Shown: piece by piece, positions 24,964-32,330 of the stretch | Numbering within the stretch: position 1 is the first letter of the stretch | Layout: every line of letters begins with the position of its first letter | NCBI GenBank assembly: GCA_023301245.1 | Contig: JALZUV010000098.1 | Location: 1-37,824 of the forward strand | Source: Rickettsiales bacterium | Lineage (GTDB): Bacteria > Pseudomonadota > Alphaproteobacteria > Rickettsiales > JALZUV01 | Direction of reading: 5' to 3' | Length of the DNA: 37,824 bases | Made by a program: the position numbers and the translations under genes | Notes under the pieces: model-generated | What the model was told of the DNA's origin: nothing | Seen by the model: only the letters and a program-made list of their open reading frames with translations | Databases searched by the model: none

Positions 24964-25983
24964 CTAAACAGGCGTGTCGGTGTGATTAACCAGGATTTGC
25001 GCGACGGATGTGTCATCCTTGCGAATAAGCCCTGATTGAATGGAATAGTAAGCTTGCCAGTTATAGTGACGCTCTTTGAGCTGACTAATATCAAGCGCTT
25101 GGACTTGCTTTTCCTTGTACTGGATAACGCGCATTGGGAAGACCGCAATTTGCGCCGCATTTGTGCCGTGGCCGACCATATTTTCAGGGTGGATATCCCA
25201 AAAATTCATGCCCAAAAACATCGTGTTTTCTTCTGTCAGGACACGGTCGATATCAGCCAATAGCTTTTGATTGACAAAGTCCTGTGAAGTCAGCTGCAGG
25301 CTTGTTGCGAGATTTAAGATGTCGCGCTGTGAACACACCACGTTAAGCTTGCCGCGCATACGGGCGCTTTCGAGACGCTCGAGCGCGCCAAACAATTTAG
25401 ATTTTGTCAGGCCTTGATCAGCCGAAGCAGGCGCAGGCGCACCGTCTGACTTGTTTACATGGTAACGGTCATAATCCACCGGCACGATTTGCGAGGCAGG
25501 AAAATTAATAGTTTGGAAGGTGTGACGCACGCCGTAACCATCATTCTCAGCATCAACAGCCTCTTGCATTGGCGCAAAAATACGGTTCATGATAAAGGCG
25601 TCGCGGTGATTGTTTTTGCCTTCGCCCATTGCAATGACATCCTCATTGAGAGGGTTCATCATTTTTTCCATACGCTCAAATGAGCTGTCTTCAACGCTAT
25701 CTTCAAAATCTTCAAATGAAGCTTGGCGCTCACCTTTGCGAAGGCGCTTATTGTTGTGATCAGTATAACGATCAGCGCGGGCAACAGGCCGCGGACCGGT
25801 ACGCTGCGCGGTTTTAGACGTGAAAGTTTCGCCTTTTTCCATGACGTTTAAGTCAGAGGTTACGGCATTAACAAGATTGCGAGAGCGCGTGTCATAAAGA
25901 CTGACATTTTCAGCGATCATTTTAACTTGGCGTGAATTTAGGGATTGGTTGTCGGGCGTGCCCGGGTCTACGATAACACTCAT
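24964..25983 (-). CDS. major capsid protein
   Basis: 339 aa (T7 gp10A is 345 aa). It lies after the scaffold gene and is bracketed by terminator-like hairpins. No motif-level proof is available. Confidence 0.65.
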   Translation of the reverse strand: MSVIVDPGTPDNQSLNSRQVKMIAENVSLYDTRSRNLVNAVTSDLNVMEKGETFTSKTAQRTGPRPVARADRYTDHNNKRLRKGERQASFEDFEDSVEDSSFERMEKMMNPLNEDVIAMGEGKNNHRDAFIMNRIFAPMQEAVDAENDGYGVRHTFQTINFPASQIVPVDYDRYHVNKSDGAPAPASADQGLTKSKLFGALERLESARMRGKLNVVCSQRDILNLATSLQLTSQDFVNQKLLADIDRVLTEENTMFLGMNFWDIHPENMVGHGTNAAQIAVFPMRVIQYKEKQVQALDISQLKERHYNWQAYYSIQSGLIRKDDTSVAQILVNHTDTPV

Positions 25984-26205
25984 GAGAGATGTCCTATGTT
26001 AAGTTTCAGGAAGTAACTGGACTCCCCGGACTTAACCGGACCCGCGTCTTTGCCGCTTTACGTCAGACCCGACGGTGCGCCCCAAAGGGCAGCTCATCAG
26101 ACCCGTCACGTGCGCGGCACGCTAGAGCTCCCCTTTGAGCAAATCACGGAGCGACAAGACTCCGTAATATTTTAAAAGTCAAGGTAAATAATTGCAGGAT
26201 TGCAA
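25984..26205 (-). promoter_or_regulatory. 222-nt untranslated leader upstream of the capsid gene, with internal repeats and hairpins
   Basis: No ORF is present. Direct repeat TCAGACCCG at 26063-26071 and 26097-26105, each followed by ..GTGCGC. Hairpin ACGGAG/CTCCGT at 26146-26165, and hairpin TTGCA/TGCAA at 26192-26205. Confidence 0.5.
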
Positions 26206-26520
26206 TTAAATACGTCTACACGCGCTTGATACAATCCGCGCAAGCGGATCACCCGCCCGCTTTTTGCCGTTGATATCTTCGCCAGCTTCTAAAAACCATC
26301 CGACGACTAAAGGCAAAATATCATCGCATTGCTCTTTCGTATATGGACCCTGCCTATAAGTTAGAGTTGAGCTGATAGTCCCATCAGTCAACGTCACAGG
26401 CGGCTGCCCATCATCAACAACAATAACGACTTGGTGCGTATGTTCACCAATTGGCTCTATGGCAGCTGAGGCCGAGATTGAGACTAATGCCAAGGCACTC
26501 GCGAATAAAAACTTTTTCAT
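26206..26520 (-). CDS. secreted small protein (moron)
   Basis: The ATG at 26520 (MKKFLFASALALVSISASA-AIEP) has GGAG 7 nt upstream. It carries a Sec signal peptide with an ASA cleavage motif. It is AT-rich and isolated by hairpins on both sides. Confidence 0.65.
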   Translation of the reverse strand: MKKFLFASALALVSISASAAIEPIGEHTHQVVIVVDDGQPPVTLTDGTISSTLTYRQGPYTKEQCDDILPLVVGWFLEAGEDINGKKRAGDPLARIVSSACRRI

Positions 26521-26539
26521 AATAAACTCCAAATTAAAT

Positions 26540-26574
26540 TAAAAAACCCGCCGCGACACTCCTCATCACGGCGG
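26540..26574 (-). terminator. intrinsic terminator inside the late operon
   Basis: The minus strand reads CCCGCCG-(15 nt)-CGGCGGG followed by TTTTTT. Confidence 0.65.
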
Positions 26575-26595
26575 GCCCATCTTCGTGGGGGAAGA

Positions 26596-26940
26596 TTATT
26601 TTTGCGCGGTAGATCCCGCGCCCGCTGCATTTGCGTCTGCAGCGCCATTAGATTTGGCGGCATCTGAATCAGCCGGCGCTGTCTCTAATGACTTTAGGCG
26701 CTTTGCGATATTATCAATATCTGCATGCAGATTATCATTGTCCTCTTTAAGATCTTCAATTTTACTCTCAAGATCAGCGATAACCTTAGCCTGCGCTTTA
26801 ACTAGAGCAGCCAATTCCGCGTTATCGTCTGGCGCAATTTCAGTTTCGGTGAGGCCTGCTTTTTTAGCGGCTTCTTTGGCCTCGGCTTTAATCCTCGCAT
26901 TAATGGCTGCGGTTGAGCCTGGGTGTGGTTTTTTTGCCAT
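26596..26940 (-). CDS. coiled-coil protein (scaffold-associated or decoration candidate)
   Basis: 114 aa, Lys/Glu/Ala-rich, with heptad-like LVKAQAKVIADLESKIEDLKEDNDNL. Confidence 0.5.
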   Translation of the reverse strand: MAKKPHPGSTAAINARIKAEAKEAAKKAGLTETEIAPDDNAELAALVKAQAKVIADLESKIEDLKEDNDNLHADIDNIAKRLKSLETAPADSDAAKSNGAADANAAGAGSTAQK

Positions 26941-26987
26941 GATAATTATCCTTTCGCGGCGGTTAGTGAATTATGATTTGTGAAAGA

Positions 26988-27917
26988 TTAAGCCTTGGAG
27001 CGCGCCGCAGCTTCCTCTCTGATATTAAAAAGGCGCGCGCGCTCTTTAGTGGCAAAGATATGATCTGCGTGAGAGGCGTTAATTATGGCGTCGCCATAAG
27101 TGTTTAGATGGGTTTGATAGGCCGTTTCTGCCTCTTGCGCGCTTGCGATTACCGCGCGATTAACGTCGCCTGGCAGGCCGCCATCCTCCGCCACAAAGGC
27201 CGCAAGCTTATCCATCATGCGCAGCATACGCGGATCATCACCTAAGCCGCTTTCATCAAGAAAGGTCTTAAAGCCGTCATCAGCGTGCTCGCCAACAAAA
27301 GACACGGCGCGATCTACGCGCGCATCATAATCAGAACCAAAGTCCTCTTTGAGCTGCGCGCCCATAGCCTCGAGCTCTTTTGTGGCTGATTTAACCTGTA
27401 AGGATCCGCCCTCTGCCAGTAAAGCAAGGCCCGCCTCTGTGAAGCCTTTATAGGCCTCATCAGTTAAACCATGAGAGAGCGCCAAAGCCTTAAGCTTTGC
27501 GCCCCCCTCATCTGTCAGGCCAAAATTGGCGACCTGGGGAATGTCGGAATAATTATCGGCCGTTTCAGGAACGCCCATAGCTTTGCGCACCTCGGCCCAG
27601 GCTTCAGGATTATCCGTAGGCGTGCCGGCAGGCTTGACCATAAGGCCGTCTCTATCTGCGACGCCGATTAATTGCTGCGCGTGTATTGCGCTGTCAATCA
27701 ACGAGCCGACATCTTTAAATCCATTTTTGGCGATAAAGTCAGAATGCTTTGCTGCGAGGCCATCAAAAGCCGTCGGCTCAGGGCTTGGCGCAGGTGTCGG
27801 CGCAGGTGTTGGCGTCGGCGTCGGCGCAGGTGTTGGCGCAGGTGTTGGCGCAGGTGTCGGCGCAGGTGTCGGCGCAGGTGTCGGCGCAGGTGTCGGCGCA
27901 GGTGTTGGTTCTGTCAT
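26988..27917 (-). CDS. putative scaffolding protein with N-terminal (TPAP)n repeat
   Basis: 309 aa (T7 gp9 is 307 aa), lying between portal and capsid. It is acidic and helical. The N-terminus is [16 protein letters not shown].... Confidence 0.55.
   Translation of the reverse strand: MTEPTPAPTPAPTPAPTPAPTPAPTPAPTPAPTPTPTPAPTPAPSPEPTAFDGLAAKHSDFIAKNGFKDVGSLIDSAIHAQQLIGVADRDGLMVKPAGTPTDNPEAWAEVRKAMGVPETADNYSDIPQVANFGLTDEGGAKLKALALSHGLTDEAYKGFTEAGLALLAEGGSLQVKSATKELEAMGAQLKEDFGSDYDARVDRAVSFVGEHADDGFKTFLDESGLGDDPRMLRMMDKLAAFVAEDGGLPGDVNRAVIASAQEAETAYQTHLNTYGDAIINASHADHIFATKERARLFNIREEAAARSKA
27787..27906. repeat. 10 tandem copies of a 12-bp unit GGCGCAGGTGT(C/T), one variant being GGCGTCGGCGTC
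   Basis: Counted directly. It encodes the (TPAP)n tract of the scaffold-like protein on the minus strand. Confidence 0.9.
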
Positions 27918-27929
27918 AATCGTCTCCGG

Positions 27930-28199
27930 TTAAGTTTTTGAGTTAAGTAAATCAGCCGCGGTAATACCGCAGGTTTTGAAAATATAGCGGATCAACTGGT
28001 GCTGCCCCGCCAGAAAAGAATGGCCCTCTTTTGTTTGCAATCCCGCCGCAGGGTTTGGATCCAGAAAGTTTGAGGCCTCCATTAGATCCACAAGCACAGC
28101 GCGGCCCTTTGGTCCGTCGATAAATTGGCCGCGATAGAGTGATTTTTTACGCGCGGCGTCTACTTGTTCGCGCGTAGGTTTGTTTGTCTTATCCGTCAT
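27930..28199 (-). CDS. small conserved-position protein between portal and scaffold
   Basis: 89 aa with a 4-nt overlap to the portal stop. Confidence 0.5.
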   Translation of the reverse strand: MTDKTNKPTREQVDAARKKSLYRGQFIDGPKGRAVLVDLMEASNFLDPNPAAGLQTKEGHSFLAGQHQLIRYIFKTCGITAADLLNSKT

Positions 28200-29836
28200 G
28201 AATTACCTTCGTTGGTTTGTTGAGCCGTCGCGAGATTAGCGAGGCCTTGACCGCCTGCCTGTAGCGTCTGCGCCGCGGCGGCGGCCTCTTGCTGCTGGGC
28301 GGCTTTCGCCTGTGCATCCGCGCGAGCCGCCCGCGCCGTCTGCACGTCATCGTCAGACTTAAGAAGGCCCGACGGCAGACCTGCATTTTTAGAAAAGCGC
28401 CGCCCGATTTTGTCAAAATCTGGCAAATCAAGCACATTTTGATCAAGCTGCGCCATAGCACTAAAGCCCTGCAACGCAGAATTTATTGCGTCATTTTCGC
28501 CAAGGTCTTGCGCGTTTGAGAGCGGGCTGCGGTAGCCAAATATAATATCTTCGCCGACAAGACTGTCAGGCATAGGCGGGAAGGCTTTAGCCTCGGCCAT
28601 GATTGCAAAGGTGCGGTTTATGATCGGATCAAAGAAACCGCTTTCGAGCTGCGCCACAATTGTTGACATCGAGCGAAACCGCATTTCGCGCTGATCTAAA
28701 ACCTCAGTCGCCGTGCGCACGCCGTCTTGAATGGATTGCAGCCAATCAATAAAACAGATTGTGTTGATTTGCTGGCGTTCATCACGGATTATTTCAATAC
28801 CAGGGCGAAGATCTCCGGACGGCGGCAAGGGCTGCAAGGCCTGCGTGACGCTCGAGAAACCAAGCGCCGCCCAATCGGCACGGTTCCAGCCGCCGGCGCG
28901 GCGGTCTAGTTTGTCCAGCTGACCACCCGTAAAATCAAAATAGGGCGGATCAACTGATTTTTCAGCGCCGTTTTGCATAGCCTCTTTGAGACGGTTTAAA
29001 AAACGCGCGGCAGGATAAACACGGTGCCCAAGCCCCGTTGGATAAGTCTCGCCTGGGCGCAAATACATTGTCGCAACAGAGAACGGCATATCATCATAGC
29101 CGCCAACCTCTAGGCGGCGCGATTTTTCAACCCATATCACATAGGATTTCCACGGCTTCATTGTGCGCGGGCCGCCGCGCTTACCGTCTGGATTTGGCTC
29201 TATGGCATAAAGCAAGGTGACTTTTTCGTCATCATTGCGGGACTTGTTTTCGCCGGCATATTTTATAACCTCGGCGTCATCAGGATATTTAAGCTTTAGC
29301 GCCGCCAGAGTAATCTCGCTTTCCCAAAAGAAATTCATGAGCTTTTTATCGACATCAAATCGCCAATAAATATTAAACGCGCTCATAGCTTGATAGCGCG
29401 GCATATTATCTTTGCCTTTAGCGGTATAGTTTGCCGAGAAACCAAAGGCGGCATAATCGAGCATGGCCTCTGACATTGCTGGCCGCCAGCTTGTCGAGCC
29501 TTGCGTTAAAAATTCGTGCATGATGTCGCGCACAGCATCCAGCCAATCGCCCTCATCGCTGCCGTCTATCTCGCGACCCTTTATGGCGGGAATGACAGAC
29601 GGCGTATGGGGAGGGAACATAAAGCCAAAGACCATAGCGGCGAAGCGCTCGACCGCGATTTGCGCCGTTGTGTCCATATGCTCGCGGTCTTGAATATCAT
29701 GTTCACGCTCGCGCCATCTATGCGGCAATCGGCTTGGCGCAATAAAGCGCGCGATATTATCCATATCGCCGCGCAGCTCTGACTTGGCATTTTTAGCGGC
29801 GTTAAAGGCCGCAATCATGGCTGCAGCTATGGTCAC
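28196..29836 (-). CDS. portal (head-tail connector, podovirus T7 gp8-like)
   Basis: 546 aa (T7 gp8 is 536 aa). It lies downstream of terL. Its Gln/Ala-rich C-terminal tail (AQAKAAQQQEAAAAAQTLQAGGQG) resembles the T7 gp8 tail. It has a GTG start with a GTGA overlap. Confidence 0.7.
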   Translation of the reverse strand: MTIAAAMIAAFNAAKNAKSELRGDMDNIARFIAPSRLPHRWREREHDIQDREHMDTTAQIAVERFAAMVFGFMFPPHTPSVIPAIKGREIDGSDEGDWLDAVRDIMHEFLTQGSTSWRPAMSEAMLDYAAFGFSANYTAKGKDNMPRYQAMSAFNIYWRFDVDKKLMNFFWESEITLAALKLKYPDDAEVIKYAGENKSRNDDEKVTLLYAIEPNPDGKRGGPRTMKPWKSYVIWVEKSRRLEVGGYDDMPFSVATMYLRPGETYPTGLGHRVYPAARFLNRLKEAMQNGAEKSVDPPYFDFTGGQLDKLDRRAGGWNRADWAALGFSSVTQALQPLPPSGDLRPGIEIIRDERQQINTICFIDWLQSIQDGVRTATEVLDQREMRFRSMSTIVAQLESGFFDPIINRTFAIMAEAKAFPPMPDSLVGEDIIFGYRSPLSNAQDLGENDAINSALQGFSAMAQLDQNVLDLPDFDKIGRRFSKNAGLPSGLLKSDDDVQTARAARADAQAKAAQQQEAAAAAQTLQAGGQGLANLATAQQTNEGNS

Positions 29837-30060
29837 GTTCTACCCCGCGTTAGGAGCGTATTTCGCGCAGCCAATGGACCGCCGCCGCTGGCGCCGCTAT
29901 CAACGCGCAAACCCAAAGGCTTGCCCCGCGTCAAAAGAGTTGAGCCACGGCCTTTGCCATCAAGCGCGTTTTTTGCGTCCTCGGCCACGCGTATGCGCGT
30001 CGCATCATCCGCCGTTGGCGGCGCGGGTACTTCTGGAACGTCAGGCGATAAATCGACCAT
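29833..30060 (-). CDS. hypothetical small protein
   Basis: 75 aa with an ATG at 30060 and an AGAGG RBS. It carries the repeated motif (S/N)TLLTRG. Confidence 0.4.
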   Translation of the reverse strand: MVDLSPDVPEVPAPPTADDATRIRVAEDAKNALDGKGRGSTLLTRGKPLGLRVDSGASGGGPLAARNTLLTRGRT

Positions 30061-30074
30061 AGGGAAACCTCTTG

Positions 30075-31634
30075 TTATAAAAGAATTTTAGGAGCTGAAT
30101 TTGAATGGCTCCCAAAATGTGACTTAGACGCCATGCGGACAGCGTCATGCAGGCGCTCAGGGGAATGAATGAAAAACATGCAGCCATATTGCAGCGCGTC
30201 GTGGACGTGCGAAAAATGGCCCTTGTCGGGCTTTTCTCCATAACGCGTGCCATCAGCGCCTTTGTATTCTTTGATTTTATATCCGGACTGAAAGCCCTCA
30301 CGCACCGTCATGCAATGATTATTGATCTGCAGACGCGGCACGCCGACATTGAGCTCATTTAAAAGCCGGCGCACAGCTTTAATGCGGGGGTCCAGATTAT
30401 TGCTGTAGCCAGGCAAAACCTTAATTTTGGCATGAGTTTGGAAAGTCATAATCCAGCGGGTCATATCGCCATTGCTTTCGCGGCCGCCCGATCGGTTACT
30501 TGCCGCAGGATCAATCACAGCAATCGCGGCGCGCCCAGGGTATTTCATAGCCAGCAAAGCCGCTACGCGCTCACCAAAGCTTGCCGCGTCAGTGAAGTCG
30601 CCGGCTTCCGTTACGATTTCGTCAAGTACGTTTAAATTACCAGAGAGCGTCGGCTCGAGCACAACAGCGGCCGCAGAGCCCCCGCCGTCAACGCCAATGA
30701 TGAGCGGCAAGGTGCCGTCGCCGGTCATAAGCCGCGAGGCGGTATGCAGATCATCAACGTAATCACCATAGACAGGCTTGCCCGATCGGGAATAGCCGAC
30801 GAGGTTTTCTATCTTGCGTTTGATTTCCAATGGATCACGCATCGTACTGGCGAGATATTTATAATATCCGCCCTCTGGCTTGGGTAGGTTTTTGAGGTTT
30901 TCAGCGTCCGGAGAGAAGCCAGACGGAAATTCTATGAAATGATCCGTGTTTAAATTGGTTTTAAGAGCTAGGCGGCGATAAAGCTCATTTGTATCATTAG
31001 GCGCGTTGAAGTCGCCCCATAGCTGCGTGAACATTCCGCGGCCTTCATCTGGCAAATCTTTGATATTCGGCCAGCGGCCGAGGCGCTGCGCGAAACCGTC
31101 AACAACTTTTTCTGGAAGGTGATCAGGCTCATATAGGTGAACGCAGGTTGTGCGCAGGCCCGCAATCATGGCCTCAATAGATTTATCGCCAACCGCCACA
31201 AAATGCCAAACCGTTTTGTATTGGCATTTTTTATCGCCCCAAAGGTAGGTGACTGTGACGTCCTCTCCCTTGCCACCCTTATACTCAACGCCCGGCGCAT
31301 CAGGCGGGATTAAATCACGGAAACTATCGAGCGCTTTGTTGTGGACGGTCTTATAGGTATCACAAACAACAGTTATCTTGCATTCCTTACGACCCGTGCT
31401 ATAGCGCACAGGTTGACGTTTTGTATTTACCATCCCTTTAAAATATGCCGTCGACGTTTTTGCGCAGCCAACGGGCCCCATTGCGAGCACGATTGGCTTT
31501 TCGCTCATAAGGTATTCTAGGTTTTTTGGGCCTGGACAGCTCCACCCGTCGCGCAGGACGGGCCCGAGCCCATTTTGCAGACCCGCCCTCGGGTCACTGG
31601 CGGCCGCCTCACGTTGTAAAAGCGCGGCGGTCAT
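30075..31634 (-). CDS. terL: terminase large subunit
   Basis: 519 aa. Walker A is LAMGPVGCAKTS, and there is an acidic nuclease-type C-terminal half. It lies upstream of the portal, with a strong G-rich RBS. Confidence 0.8.
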   Translation of the reverse strand: MTAALLQREAAASDPRAGLQNGLGPVLRDGWSCPGPKNLEYLMSEKPIVLAMGPVGCAKTSTAYFKGMVNTKRQPVRYSTGRKECKITVVCDTYKTVHNKALDSFRDLIPPDAPGVEYKGGKGEDVTVTYLWGDKKCQYKTVWHFVAVGDKSIEAMIAGLRTTCVHLYEPDHLPEKVVDGFAQRLGRWPNIKDLPDEGRGMFTQLWGDFNAPNDTNELYRRLALKTNLNTDHFIEFPSGFSPDAENLKNLPKPEGGYYKYLASTMRDPLEIKRKIENLVGYSRSGKPVYGDYVDDLHTASRLMTGDGTLPLIIGVDGGGSAAAVVLEPTLSGNLNVLDEIVTEAGDFTDAASFGERVAALLAMKYPGRAAIAVIDPAASNRSGGRESNGDMTRWIMTFQTHAKIKVLPGYSNNLDPRIKAVRRLLNELNVGVPRLQINNHCMTVREGFQSGYKIKEYKGADGTRYGEKPDKGHFSHVHDALQYGCMFFIHSPERLHDAVRMASKSHFGSHSNSAPKILL

Positions 31635-31870
31635 ACCCCCACACCCCCTAAGCCAGATAATAAACGTTCGCGATTTTTGAATATTTGCACTTGTTCTAAA
31701 ATATGTTGAGCTGCCTGCGATAGCCCCCCTTTGAGAGACTGGCCGGCTTCCTTGGCGGGGTACCCTTGCGCGAAAGGGTAGGGGGGTAAGGCGCTGCAGG
31801 TCGCACGCATGGGATTAGATATCCGTTGTTGCGCGCATGAAAAGCTTATATGTTTCAACAGCTTAATCAT
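31631..31870 (-). CDS. possible 79-aa ORF filling the terS-terL spacer (alternative: structured non-coding RNA)
   Basis: The ATG at 31870 overlaps the end of terS by 8 nt, and the stop overlaps the terL ATG (ATGA). The composition is unremarkable. The region also holds a perfect 7-bp hairpin, TACCCTT-(6 nt)-AAGGGTA, flanked by C6/G6 runs. Confidence 0.3.
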   Translation of the reverse strand: MIKLLKHISFSCAQQRISNPMRATCSALPPYPFAQGYPAKEAGQSLKGGLSQAAQHILEQVQIFKNRERLLSGLGGVGV

Positions 31871-32330
31871 CTTGTGCGACGCTCACTTGTGCGACGGTTG
31901 CGCTTTCGTCAGCGTAAGCTATTGATTTTGCTACATTAATTTCAAAGACTTCATCCGCGTCATCAAAGTCGCCAAAGCTCGGCACATTGATAGTCAGCGG
32001 CGCAACGTCCTCCACACGCGCAATGATAGCCGTGGGCCGCTTGCTATGCACATAATTGGCTAGACGTGTATTGACTTCCAGCAACAGCTTAGCGGCTTCC
32101 AATCGCGTGCAATTCAGCGCTCTCGCAAGGTTTGGGATATCTAGCGCGTTCATTTCAGCGAGATTAATCAAAGGGTCGCCAAATCGCTCCAGCAAAAATT
32201 CAACAGTCTCTTTCGTGCGGCGATTAATCGAGCCTTTAGGACGGCCGCGCAGCTGGACCCGCTGATCCTCGGCCACGCCGAAAAGGTCGCCCTCTGCCTG
32301 TGCTTCATTGGATGTCGCGCCTAAGCTCAA
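31863..32330 (-). CDS. terminase small subunit (putative)
   Basis: 155 aa with a TTG start. The N-terminal LRGRPKGSINRRTKETVEFLL (AT-hook-like RGRP) is typical of podoviral TerS N-termini. It lies upstream of terL and is the first gene of the late operon. Confidence 0.55.
   Translation of the reverse strand: MSLGATSNEAQAEGDLFGVAEDQRVQLRGRPKGSINRRTKETVEFLLERFGDPLINLAEMNALDIPNLARALNCTRLEAAKLLLEVNTRLANYVHSKRPTAIIARVEDVAPLTINVPSFGDFDDADEVFEINVAKSIAYADESATVAQVSVAQDD
31871..31896. repeat. direct repeat CTTGTGCGACG x2 (31871-31881, 31886-31896) inside the terS 3' end
   Basis: Read directly. The core TGTGCGACG is identical to the att arm 9-mer at 9561-9569, which is the reverse complement of CGTCGCACA. 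Confidence 0.7.

Noticed and set aside
24873-25160. ORF overlapping the capsid 3' end that could give a T7 10B-like frameshift extension
   Set aside because: It lies in the +1 rather than the -1 frame relative to the capsid gene. No slippery run is visible near the capsid stop. The extension would run through the terminator hairpin. It looks like a shadow ORF.
26093-26100. CUGAUGAG (hammerhead ribozyme core) on the minus strand of the capsid leader, followed by a GCCC-UUUG-GGGC stem
   Set aside because: No GAAA after the stem, and no plausible stems I/III or cleavage triplet. The word is part of the CGGGTCTGA(T/C)G direct repeat.
27787-27906. CRISPR-like array
   Set aside because: The units are contiguous 12-bp repeats without spacers, lie in-frame inside a CDS, and there are no cas genes.
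27583-27941. Plus-strand ORFs with GVGAGVGAG or RRCRRRC repeats
   Set aside because: These are antisense translation artefacts of the 12-bp tandem array inside the scaffold-like gene.
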